Below are positions 55,272 through 64,000 of a stretch of DNA of 64,000 bases, piece by piece. The notes under the pieces are model-generated. The model saw nothing but the letters and a program-made list of their open reading frames with translations, made no database searches and was not told where the DNA came from. The DNA is from a virus. Its lineage: Duplodnaviria; Heunggongvirae; Uroviricota; Caudoviricetes. The position numbers and the translations under genes are program-made. The stretch is taken from the IMG/VR virus record IMGVR_UViG_2734482597_000010; one strand, given 5' to 3'. Each line of letters starts with the position of its first letter. Position 1 is the first letter of the stretch.

Positions 55272-55597
55272 AAACCTTCCGCTGGAAAGTGAAACCCGGT
55301 ATGGATGTGGCTTCGGCCCCTTCTGTAAGAAAGGTGCGCTTTGGTGATGGCTATTCCCAGCGAGCGCCTGCCGGGCTGAATGCCAACCTGAAAACGTACA
55401 GCGTGACGCTTTCTGTCCCCCGTGAGGAGGCCATGGTACTGGAGTCGTTTCTGGAAGAGCACGGGGGCTGGAAAGCCTTTCTGTGGACGCCGCCTTATGA
55501 GTGGCGGCAGATAAAGGTGACCTGCGCAAAATGGTCGTCGCGGGTCAGTATGCTGCGTGTTGAGTTCAGCGCAGAGTTTGAACAGGTGGTGAACTGA
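55268..55597 (+). CDS. M: minor tail protein M
   Basis: 109-aa ORF as lambda gpM. Confidence 0.9.
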   Translation: MKTFRWKVKPGMDVASAPSVRKVRFGDGYSQRAPAGLNANLKTYSVTLSVPREEAMVLESFLEEHGGWKAFLWTPPYEWRQIKVTCAKWSSRVSMLRVEFSAEFEQVVN

Positions 55598-56295
55598 TGC
55601 AGGATATCCGGCAGGAAACACTGAATGAATGCACCCGTGCGGAGCAGTCGGCCAGCGTGGTGCTCTGGGAAATCGATCTGACAGAGGTCGGTGGAGAACG
55701 TTATTTTTTCTGTAATGAGCAGAACGAAAAAGGTGAGCCGGTCACCTGGCAGGGGCGACAGTATCAGCCGTATCCCATTCAGGGGAGTGGTTTTGAACTG
55801 AATGGCAAAGGCACCAGTACGCGCCCCACGCTGATGGTTTCTAACCTGTACGGTATGGTCACCGGGATGGCGGAAGATCTACAGAGTCTGGTCGGCGGAA
55901 CGGTGGTCCGGCGTAAGGTTTACGCCCGTTTTCTGGATGCGGTGAACTTCGTCAACGGAAACAGTGACGCCGATCCGGAGCAGGAGGTGATCAGCCGCTG
56001 GCGCATTGAGCAGTGCAGCGAACTGAGCGCGGTGAGTGCCTCTTTTGTACTGTCCACGCCGACGGAAACAGATGGCGCTGTTTTTCCGGGACGTATCATG
56101 CTGGCCAACACCTGCACCTGGACCTATCGCGGCGATGAGTGCGGTTATCACGGTCCGGCGGTCGCGGATGAATATGACCAGCCAACGTCCGACATCACGA
56201 AGGATAAATGCAGCAAATGCCTGAGTGGCTGTAAGTTTCGCAATAACGTCGGCAACTTTGGCGGCTTCCTTTCCATTAACAAACTTTCGCAGTAA
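55597..56295 (+). CDS. L: minor tail protein L (copy 2)
   Basis: 232-aa ORF as lambda gpL. Confidence 0.95.
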   Translation: MQDIRQETLNECTRAEQSASVVLWEIDLTEVGGERYFFCNEQNEKGEPVTWQGRQYQPYPIQGSGFELNGKGTSTRPTLMVSNLYGMVTGMAEDLQSLVGGTVVRRKVYARFLDAVNFVNGNSDADPEQEVISRWRIEQCSELSAVSASFVLSTPTETDGAVFPGRIMLANTCTWTYRGDECGYHGPAVADEYDQPTSDITKDKCSKCLSGCKFRNNVGNFGGFLSINKLSQ

Positions 56296-56300
56296 ATCCC

Positions 56301-57044
56301 ATGACAGAGACAGAATCAGCGATTCTGGCGCACGCCCGGCGATGTGCTCCAGCGGAGTCGTGCGGCTTCGTGGTAAGAACGCCGGAGGGGGAAAGATATT
56401 TCCCCTGCGTGAATATCTCCGGTGAGCCGGAGGCGTATTTCCGTATGTCGCCGGAAGACTGGCTGCAGGCAGAGATGCAGGGTGAGATTGTGGCACTGGT
56501 CCACAGCCACCCCGGTGGTCTGCCCTGGCTGAGTGAGGCCGACCGGCGGCTGCAGGTGCAGAGTGATTTGCCGTGGTGGCTGGTCTGCCGGGGGGCGATT
56601 CACAAGTTCCGCTGTGTGCCACATCTTACCGGGCGGCGCTTTGAGCACGGGGTGACGGACTGTTACACGCTGTTCCGGGATGCTTACCATCTGGCGGGGA
56701 TTGAGATGCCGGATTTTCATCGTGAGGATGACTGGTGGCGTCACGGTCAGAATCTCTATCTGGATAATCTGGAGGCCACAGGGCTGTATCAGGTGCCGTT
56801 GTCAGCGGCGCAGCCGGGCGATGTGCTGCTGTGCTGTTTTGGTTCATCGGTGCCGAATCATGCCGCCATTTACTGTGGTGACGGCGAGCTGCTGCACCAT
56901 ATTCCTGAACAACTGAGCAAACGAGAGAGGTATACCGACAAATGGCAGCGACGCACACACTCCCTCTGGCGTCACCGGGCATGGCACGCATCTGCCTTTA
57001 CGGGGATTTGCAACGATTTGGCCGCCGCATCGACCTTCGTGTGA
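56301..57044 (+). CDS. K: tail tip protein K (copy 2)
   Basis: 247-aa ORF; NlpC/P60-like Cys/His residues. Confidence 0.9.
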   Translation: MTETESAILAHARRCAPAESCGFVVRTPEGERYFPCVNISGEPEAYFRMSPEDWLQAEMQGEIVALVHSHPGGLPWLSEADRRLQVQSDLPWWLVCRGAIHKFRCVPHLTGRRFEHGVTDCYTLFRDAYHLAGIEMPDFHREDDWWRHGQNLYLDNLEATGLYQVPLSAAQPGDVLLCCFGSSVPNHAAIYCGDGELLHHIPEQLSKRERYTDKWQRRTHSLWRHRAWHASAFTGICNDLAAASTFV

Positions 57045-57613
57045 AAACGGGTGCCGAAGCCATCCGGGCGATGGCCACACAGCTCCCTGCGTTTCGTCAG
57101 AAGCTGAGCGACGGCTGGTATCAGGTGCGTATTGCCGGGCAGGATGTTAGCACGTCCGGATTAACGGCACAGTTACATGAGGCTCTGCCTGACGGCGCTG
57201 TGATTCATATTGTTCCCAGAGTCGCCGGGGCCAAGTCAGGTGGTGTATTCCAGATTGTCCTGGGAGCAGCCGCCATTGCCGGATCATTCTTTACCGCCGG
57301 AGCCACCCTTGCAGCATGGGGGGCTGCCATTGGTGCCGGTGGTATGACCGGCATTCTGTTTTCTCTCGGTGCCAGTATGGTGCTCGGCGGTGTGGCTCAG
57401 ATGCTGGCACCGAAAGCCAGAACTCCCCGCACACAGACAACGGATAACGGTAAGCAGAACACCTATTTCTCCTCACTGGATAACATGGTTGCCCAGGGCA
57501 ATGTTATGCCTGTTCTGTATGGTGAAATGCGCGTGGGGTCACGTGTGGTATCTCAGGAGATCAGCACGGCAGACGAAGGGGACGGTGGTCAGGTTGTGGT
57601 GATTGGTCGCTGA
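56942..57613 (+). CDS. I: tail tip assembly protein I (copy 2)
   Basis: 223-aa ORF as lambda gpI, overlapping the 3' end of K. Confidence 0.9.
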   Translation: MAATHTLPLASPGMARICLYGDLQRFGRRIDLRVKTGAEAIRAMATQLPAFRQKLSDGWYQVRIAGQDVSTSGLTAQLHEALPDGAVIHIVPRVAGAKSGGVFQIVLGAAAIAGSFFTAGATLAAWGAAIGAGGMTGILFSLGASMVLGGVAQMLAPKARTPRTQTTDNGKQNTYFSSLDNMVAQGNVMPVLYGEMRVGSRVVSQEISTADEGDGGQVVVIGR

Positions 57614-57673
57614 TGCAAAATGTTTTATGTGAAATCGCCTCCGGGCGGTTTTATCGTTTATGGAGCATGACGA

Positions 57674-60600
57674 ATGGGTAAAGGCAGCAGTAAGGGGCAT
57701 ACCCCGCGCGAAGCGAAGGACAACCTGAAGTCCACGCAGCTGCTGAGTGTGATCGATGCCATCAGCGAAGGGCCGGTTGAAGGTCCGGTGGATGGATTAA
57801 AAAGCGTGCTGCTGAACAGTACGCCGGTGCTGGACAGTGAGGGGAATACCAACATCTCCGGCGTCACGGTGGTGTTCCGGGCAGGTGAGCAGGAGCAGTC
57901 ACCGCCGGAGGGATTTGAATCCTCCGGCTCCGAGACGGTGCTGGGTACGGAAGTGAAATATGACACGCCGATCACCCGGACCATCACGTCGGCAAACATT
58001 GACCGACTGCGTTTTACCTTCGGTGTACAGGCACTGGTGGAAACCACCTCAAAGGGAGACAGGAATCCGTCTGAAGTTCGCCTGCTGGTTCAGATACAGC
58101 GTAACGGTGGCTGGGTGACGGAAAAAGACATCACCATTAAGGGCAAAACCACCTCGCAGTATCTGGCCTCGGTGGTGGTGGATAACCTGCCGCCGCGCCC
58201 GTTTAATATCCGGATGCGCAGAATGACGCCGGACAGCACCACAGACCAGCTGCAGAACAAAACGCTCTGGTCGTCATACACCGAAATCATCGATGTGAAA
58301 CAGTGCTACCCGAACACGGCACTGGTCGGCGTACAGGTGGATTCGGAGCAGTTCGGCAGCCAGCAGGTGAGCCGTAATTATCATCTTCGCGGGCGCATTC
58401 TGCAGGTGCCGTCGAACTATAATCCGCAGACGCGGCAATACAGCGGTATCTGGGACGGAACGTTAAAACCGGCATACAGCAACAACATGGCCTGGTGTCT
58501 GTGGGATATGCTGACCCATCCGCGCTATGGCATGGGGAAACGTCTTGGTGCGGCAGATGTGGATAAATGGGCGCTGTATGTCATCGGCCAGTACTGTGAC
58601 CAGTCGGTGCCGGACGGCTTTGGCAGCACGGAGCCGCGCATCACCTGTAATGCCTGGCTGACCACACAGCGCAAGGCGTGGGATGTGCTCAGTGATTTCT
58701 GCTCGGCGATGCGCTGTATGCCGGTATGGAACGGGCAGACGCTGACGTTCGTGCAGGACCGACAGTCGGATAAGGTGTGGGCCTATAACCGCAGTAATGT
58801 GGTGATGCCGGATGATGGCGCGCCGTTCCGCTACAGTTTCAGCGCCCTGAAAGACCGCCATAATGCCGTTGAGGTGAACTGGATTGACCCGGATAACGGC
58901 TGGGAGACGGCGACAGAGCTTGTGGAGGATACGCAGGCCATTGTCCGTTACGGTCGTAACGTCACGAAGATGGATGCCTTTGGCTGTACCAGCCGGGGGC
59001 AGGCACACCGCGCCGGGCTGTGGCTGATTAAAACGGAACTGCTGGAGACGCAGACCGTGGATTTCAGCGTGGGTGCTGAAGGGCTTCGTCATGTACCGGG
59101 CGATGTCATTGAAATCTGCGATGATGACTATGCCGGTATCCGCACCGGCGGGCGCGTGCTGGCGGTGAACAGCCAGACCCGGACGCTGACGCTCGACCGT
59201 GAAATCACGCTGCCATCCTCCGGCACCACGCTGATAAGCCTGGTTGACGGGCAGGGGAATCCGGTCAGCGTGGAGGTCCAGTCCGTCACCGACGGCGTGA
59301 AGGTAAAAGTGAGCCGTGTTCCTGACGGTGTTGCTGAATACAGCGTGTGGGGGCTGAAGCTGCCGACGCTGCACCAGCGATTGTTCCGCTGCGTGAGTAN
59401 NNNNNNNNNNNNNNNNNNNNNNNNNNNNNNNNNNNNNNNNNNNNNNNNNNNNNNNNNNNNNNNNNNNNNNNNNNNNNNNNNNNNNNNNNNNNNNNNNNNN
59501 NNNNNNNNNNNNNNNNNNNNNNNNNNNNNNNNNNNNNNNNNNNNNNNNNNNNNNNNNNNNNNNNNNNNNNNNNNNNNNNNNNNNNNNNNNNNNNNNNNNN
59601 NNNNNNNNNNNNNNNNNNNNNNNNNNNNNNNNNNNNNNNNNNNNNNNNNNNNNNNNNNNNNNNNNNNNNNNNNNNNNNNNNNNNNNNNNNNNNNNNNNNN
59701 NNNNNNNNNNNNNNNNNNNGCTGACAGTCCGGGCAGTAAATGCGTGGGGGCAGCAGGNNNNNNNNNNNNNNNNNNNNNNNNNNNNNNNNNNNNNNNNNNN
59801 NNNNNNNNNNNNNNNNNNNNNNNNNNNNNNNNNNNNNNNNNNNNNNNNNNNNNNNNNNNNNNNNNNNNNNNNNNNNNNNNNNNNNNNNNNNNNNNNNNNN
59901 NNNNNNNNNNNNNNNNNNNNNNNNNNNNNNNNNNNNNNNNNNNNNNNNNNNNNNNNNNNNNNNNNNNNNNNNNNNNNNNNNNNNNNNNNNNNNNNNNNNN
60001 NNNNNNNTGATTATTACTTTTATATCCGCAGTGTGAACACCGTTGGCAAATCGGCATTCGTGGAGGCTGTTGGTCAGCCGAGTGATGATGCATCCGGTTA
60101 TCTGGATTTTTTCAAAGGCGAGATAGGGAAAACCCATCTGGCTCAGGAGCTGTGGACGCAGATTGATAACGGTCAGCTTGCGCCTGACCTGGCTGAAATC
60201 AGGACGTCCATTACGGATGTCAGCAATGAAATCACGCAGACCGTCAATAAGAAACTGGAAGACCAGAGTGCGGCAATTCAGCAGATACAGAAGGTTCAGG
60301 TTGATACAAATAATAACCTGAACAGCATGTGGGCTGTGAAGCTGCAGCAGATGCAGGACGGACGCCTTTATATCGCGGGTATTGGTGCCGGTATTGAGAA
60401 CACCCCTGACGGCATGCAGAGTCAGGTGCTGCTGGCGGCGGACAGGATTGCGATGGTTAATCCTGCGAATGGCAACACAAAACCGATGTTTGTTGGTCAG
60501 GGCGATCAGATATTCATGAACGACGTGTTCCTGAAACGCCTGACGGCCCCCACCATTACCAGCGGTGGAAATCCATCGGCATTTTCCCTGACTCCGGACG

Positions 60601-61157
60601 GAAAGCTGACCGCTAAAAATGCGGATATCAGTGGCAGTGTGAATGCGAACGCCGGGACGCTCAACAATGTCACGGTAAATGAAAACTGTACGATTAAGGG
60701 CATGCTGGAGGCGACTCAGGTCAGAGGTGACTTCGTTAAAGCTGTATCCAAATCATTTCCGAAACAGGCTGGTACGTGGGGTAACACGGAAACACCAAAC
60801 GGGACGGTTACAGTCACCATAAGCGATGATCATAACTTTGACCGCCAGATTATTATTCCGCCCATTATTTTTAACGGTATAGCGTATGACGATCCGGGGA
60901 GCGGAAATAACCCAGGAGGCACGCGATACACGGGTTATGGTTTTGAAGTTCGCAAAAACGGCGTATTAATCGCATCCAGAGAAACTAAAGGTGCCATTCC
61001 CGGTAGTTACAGTGCAGTTATTGATATGCCTAGTGGTGGTGGTAGCGTCACTCTGGAGTTTAAGATTTTCCAGAAAGGCAATCAGGGGGCAGGCAATATC
61101 ACCGACTGTACGGTGATTGTGACCAAAAAAGCGGCTTCCGGCATCAGTATTCGTTGA
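57674..61157 (+). CDS. J: tail tip / host specificity protein J (interrupted by two N runs)
   Basis: lambda-J-like N-terminus and central part (...DYYFYIRSVNTVGKSAFVEAV...); C-terminal ~150 aa differ from recalled lambda J; frame shifts across N runs. Confidence 0.85.
59400..59719. other. run of 320 N inside J
   Basis: literal n characters. Confidence 1.
59758..60007. other. run of 250 N inside J
   Basis: literal n characters. Confidence 1.
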
Positions 61158-61179
61158 AATATTTATAACCCCAATAAAT

Positions 61180-61204
61180 GGCGTCAGGAATGACGCCTTT
61201 TTTA
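61180..61204 (+). terminator. intrinsic terminator after J
   Basis: GGCGTCA-GGAA-TGACGCC then T7. Confidence 0.6.
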
Positions 61205-61227
61205 TTGCAGAAAAGCGAGAGGTAATT

Positions 61228-62036
61228 ATGCGTAAAGTTTGTGCAGCCATTTTGTCCGCAGCCATTTGCCTGGCCGTATCCGGTGCGCCTGCATGGGCGT
61301 CTGAACATCAGTCCACGCTGAGCGCGGGGTATCTTCATGCCCGGACCAACGTTCCCGGCAGTGATGATCTGAACGGGATTAACGTGAAATACCGTTATGA
61401 GTTTACGGATACGCTGGGGCTGGTGACGTCATTCAGCTATGCAGGAGACAAGAATCGCCAGCTGACCCGTTACAGCGATACCCGCTGGCATGAAGATTCC
61501 GTGCGTAACCGCTGGTTCAGCGTGATGGCGGGGCCGTCTGTGCGCGTGAATGAATGGTTCAGCGCGTATGCGATGGCGGGTGTGGCTTACAGCCGTGTGT
61601 CGACTTTCTCCGGGGATTATCTCCGCGTAACTGACAACAAGGGGAAAACGCACGACGTGCTGACCGGAAGTGATGACGGTCGCCACAGCAACACGTCTCT
61701 GGCGTGGGGAGCTGGCGTGCAGTTTAACCCGACCGAATCCGTGGCCATTGATATTGCTTATGAAGGCTCCGNNNNNNNNNNNNNNNNNNNNNNNNNNNNN
61801 NNNNNNNNNNNNNNNNNNNNNNNNNNNNNNNNNNNNNNNNNNNNNNNNNNNNNNNNNNNNNNNNNNNNNNNNNNNNNNNNNNNNNNNNNNNNNNNNNNNN
61901 NNNNNNNNNNNNNNNNNNNNNNNNNNNNNNNNNNNNNNNNNNNNNNNNNNNNNNNNNNNNNNNNNNNNNNNNNNNNNNNNNNNNNNNNNNNNNNNNNNNN
62001 NNNNNNNNNNNNNNNNNNNNNTCGGTTATAAATTCT
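61228..62036 (+). CDS. lom: outer membrane protein Lom (interrupted by N run)
   Basis: signal peptide MRKVCAAILSAAICLAVSGAPAWA; matches recalled lambda Lom through ...IAYEGS, then N run, then ...GYKF stop. Confidence 0.8.
61772..62021. other. run of 250 N inside lom 3' end
   Basis: literal n characters; longer than the ~60 nt expected to be missing. Confidence 1.
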
Positions 62037-62064
62037 GATTAGCCAGGTAACACAGTGTTATGAC

Positions 62065-62091
62065 AGCCCGCCGGTTCAGGCGGGCTTTTTT
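62065..62091 (+). terminator. intrinsic terminator after lom
   Basis: AGCCCGCC-GGTTCA-GGCGGGCT then TTTTTT. Confidence 0.6.
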
Positions 62092-62102
62092 GTGGGGTGA
62101 AT

Positions 62103-64000
62103 ATGGCAGTAAAGATTTCAGGTGTACTGAAAGACGGCACAGGAAAACCGGTACAGAACTGCACAATCCAGCTGAAAGCAAAACGTAACAGCACCACGGT
62201 GGTGGTGAACACGCTGGCCTCAGAAAATCCGGATGAAGCCGGGCGTTACAGCATGGACGTTGAGTACGGTCAGTACAGCGTTATTCTGTTGGTGGAAGGA
62301 TTCCCGCCGTCACATGCCGGGACCATCACCGTGTATGAAGATTCCCGACCCGGTACGCTGAATGATTTTCTCGGTGCCATGACGGAGGATGATGCCCGTC
62401 CGGAGGCACTGCGCCGTTTTGAGCTGATGGTGGAAGAGGTGGCGCGTAACGCGTCCGCGGTGGCACAGAACACGGCAGCCGCGAAGAAATCAGCCAGCGA
62501 TGCCAGCACATCAGCCCGTGAGGCGGCAACCCATGCGACTGATGCTGCAGATTCAGCACGTGCAGCCAGCACGTCAGCCGGACAGGCCGCTTCGTCGGCT
62601 CAGTCAGCGTCTTCCAGCGCAGGAACGGCATCAACAAAGGCCACTGAAGCCTCAAAAAGTGCTGCCGCTGCAGAGTCCTCAAAAAGCGCGGCGGCTACCA
62701 GTGCCGGTGCGGCGAAAACGTTAGAAACGAATGCGGCAGCGTCACAACAATCAGCAGCCACTTCTGCATCCACCGCGACCACGAAAGCGTCAGAAGCTGC
62801 CACCTCAGCCCGGGATGCGTCGGCTTCAAAAGAGGCGGCAAAATCATCAGAAACGAACGCATCATCAAGCGCCAGTAGCGCAGCTTCCTCGGCGACGGCG
62901 GCTGCAAATTCTGCGAAGGCGGCCAAAACGTCCGAGACGAACGCCAGGTCTTCTGAAACGGCAGCGGGACAGAGTGCCTCAGCTGCGGCAGGCTCAAAAA
63001 CAGCGGCTGCGTCGTCTGCCAGCGCCGCGTCAACAAGTGCCGGGCAGGCCTCAGCCAGTGCCACCGCCGCCGGAAAATCGGCAGAAAGCGCCGCATCATC
63101 CGCTTCAACAGCCACAACGAAGGCTGGCGAAGCCACTGAGCAGGCCACGGCAGCAGCGAGGTCAGCTTCCGCAGCGAAGACATCCGAAACGAACGCGAAA
63201 GCGTCGGAAACCCGTGCAGAATCCTCAAAAACGGCTGCCGCATCGTCCGCCAGTTCGGCGGCGTCATCGGCATCATCGGCGTCTGCTTCAAAAGATGAGG
63301 CGACCAGACAGGCGTCAGCAGCGAAGGGCAGCGCCACGACGGCATCCACGAAGGCGACAGAGGCTGCTGGTAGTGCGACGGCAGCAGCTCAGAGCAAAAG
63401 TACGGCGGAATCTGCAGCAACGCGCGCTGAGACAGCGGCAAAACGGGCAGAGGATATTGCATCCGCCGTGGCGCTTGAGGATGCGAGCACGACGAAAAAG
63501 GGGATAGTACAGCTCAGTAGTGCGACTAACAGCACTTCCGAGTCACTGGCGGCAACACCAAAAGCCGTTAAGGCCGCGTATGACCTGGCTAACGGGAAAT
63601 ACACCGCACAGGATGCAACGACAGCACAGAAAGGGATAATCCAGCTAAGCAGCGCGACCAACAGCACGTCTGAAACGCTGGCGGCAACGCCAAAGGCAGT
63701 AAAAGCAGCCAATGACAATGCTGAGAAACGTCTGCAGAAAGATCAGAACGGTGCGGATATCCCTGGCAAAGACACCTTTACGAAAAATATTGGTGCCTGC
63801 CGTGCCTTCGGTGGGTCAGTAAGCACAACAACAGGAAACTGGACGACTGCACAGTTTATCGAGTGGCTGGATTCTCAGGGAGCATTTAACCATCCATACT
63901 GGATGTGCAAGGGTTCCTGGTCTTATGGCAATAATAAAATCATTACTGATACTGGCTGCGGTAATATTCATCTCGCCGGAGCTGTCATTGAAGTAATGGG
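62103..64000 (+). CDS. stf: side tail fibre protein Stf, 5' part (runs off window end)
   Basis: ATG at 62103; MAVKISGVLKDGTGKPVQNCTIQLKAKRNSTT... then long Ala/Ser/Thr-rich repeats; frame open to the window end, not in ORF track. Confidence 0.8.
   Translation, partial: MAVKISGVLKDGTGKPVQNCTIQLKAKRNSTTVVVNTLASENPDEAGRYSMDVEYGQYSVILLVEGFPPSHAGTITVYEDSRPGTLNDFLGAMTEDDARPEALRRFELMVEEVARNASAVAQNTAAAKKSASDASTSAREAATHATDAADSARAASTSAGQAASSAQSASSSAGTASTKATEASKSAAAAESSKSAAATSAGAAKTLETNAAASQQSAATSASTATTKASEAATSARDASASKEAAKSSETNASSSASSAASSATAAANSAKAAKTSETNARSSETAAGQSASAAAGSKTAAASSASAASTSAGQASASATAAGKSAESAASSASTATTKAGEATEQATAAARSASAAKTSETNAKASETRAESSKTAAASSASSAASSASSASASKDEATRQASAAKGSATTASTKATEAAGSATAAAQSKSTAESAATRAETAAKRAEDIASAVALEDASTTKKGIVQLSSATNSTSESLAATPKAVKAAYDLANGKYTAQDATTAQKGIIQLSSATNSTSETLAATPKAVKAANDNAEKRLQKDQNGADIPGKDTFTKNIGACRAFGGSVSTTTGNWTTAQFIEWLDSQGAFNHPYWMCKGSWSYGNNKIITDTGCGNIHLAGAVIEVM

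Larger units (their letters stand above)
55909..57787 (+). repeat. direct repeat copy 2 (3' L - K - I - 5' J)
   Basis: see copy 1; about 17.1 kb downstream in the same orientation. Confidence 0.8.

Noticed and set aside
62270-63718. Several long ORFs in other frames and on the minus strand across the stf repeat region (Ala/Asp-rich or Arg/Pro-rich translations)
   Set aside because: They are alternative-frame readings of the GC-rich, repetitive Ala/Ser/Thr-coding part of stf; low-complexity translations typical of out-of-frame artefacts. The periodic repeats are protein-coding, not a CRISPR array.

Overview
This window reads as a composite lambdoid prophage region of an Escherichia coli-type genome. 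All calls are made by eye from the sequence and from remembered protein sequences; no searches were run.

Layout:
- 1-11.3 kb: Rac-type early region (intR at the window edge, xis, ralR, recT, recE, racC, ydaE, kilR on the minus strand), then sieB, the racR/ydaS/ydaT switch and replication genes ydaU/ydaV.
- 11.3-15.7 kb: an AT-rich accessory island with two unassignable 333-340 aa genes, a Cys-rich small ORF and a YeaR-like gene.
- 15.7-22.2 kb: a nin/Q-like segment, two TolA-domain-III-like lipoprotein genes, a pinholin / SAR-endolysin / Rz / Rz1 lysis cassette and the cargo K+ transporter trkG.
- 22.3-38.2 kb: ParB-like and GT-A-like genes, then a complete non-lambda head/tail module (terminase, portal, MuF, scaffold, capsid, tail, tape measure).
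- 38.2-41.1 kb: lambda-type tail-tip genes M/L/K/I and a J gene truncated at a partial IS2.
- 41.3-64 kb: DLP12-like ybcV/ylcI, a lambda-type cos site, and an almost complete lambda left arm (Nu1-A-W-B-C/Nu3-D-E-FI-FII-Z-U-V-G/T-H-M-L-K-I-J-lom), with stf running off the window end.

Seven N runs interrupt ydaV, the holin, K/I, J and lom.

Most interesting: the AT-rich two-gene cassette at 11.8-13.9 kb (candidate defence or abortive-infection module, weak motif-level evidence only), the TolA-III-like lipoprotein pair between Q and the lysis genes, and the duplicated L-K-I-J tail-tip block with an IS2/N junction.
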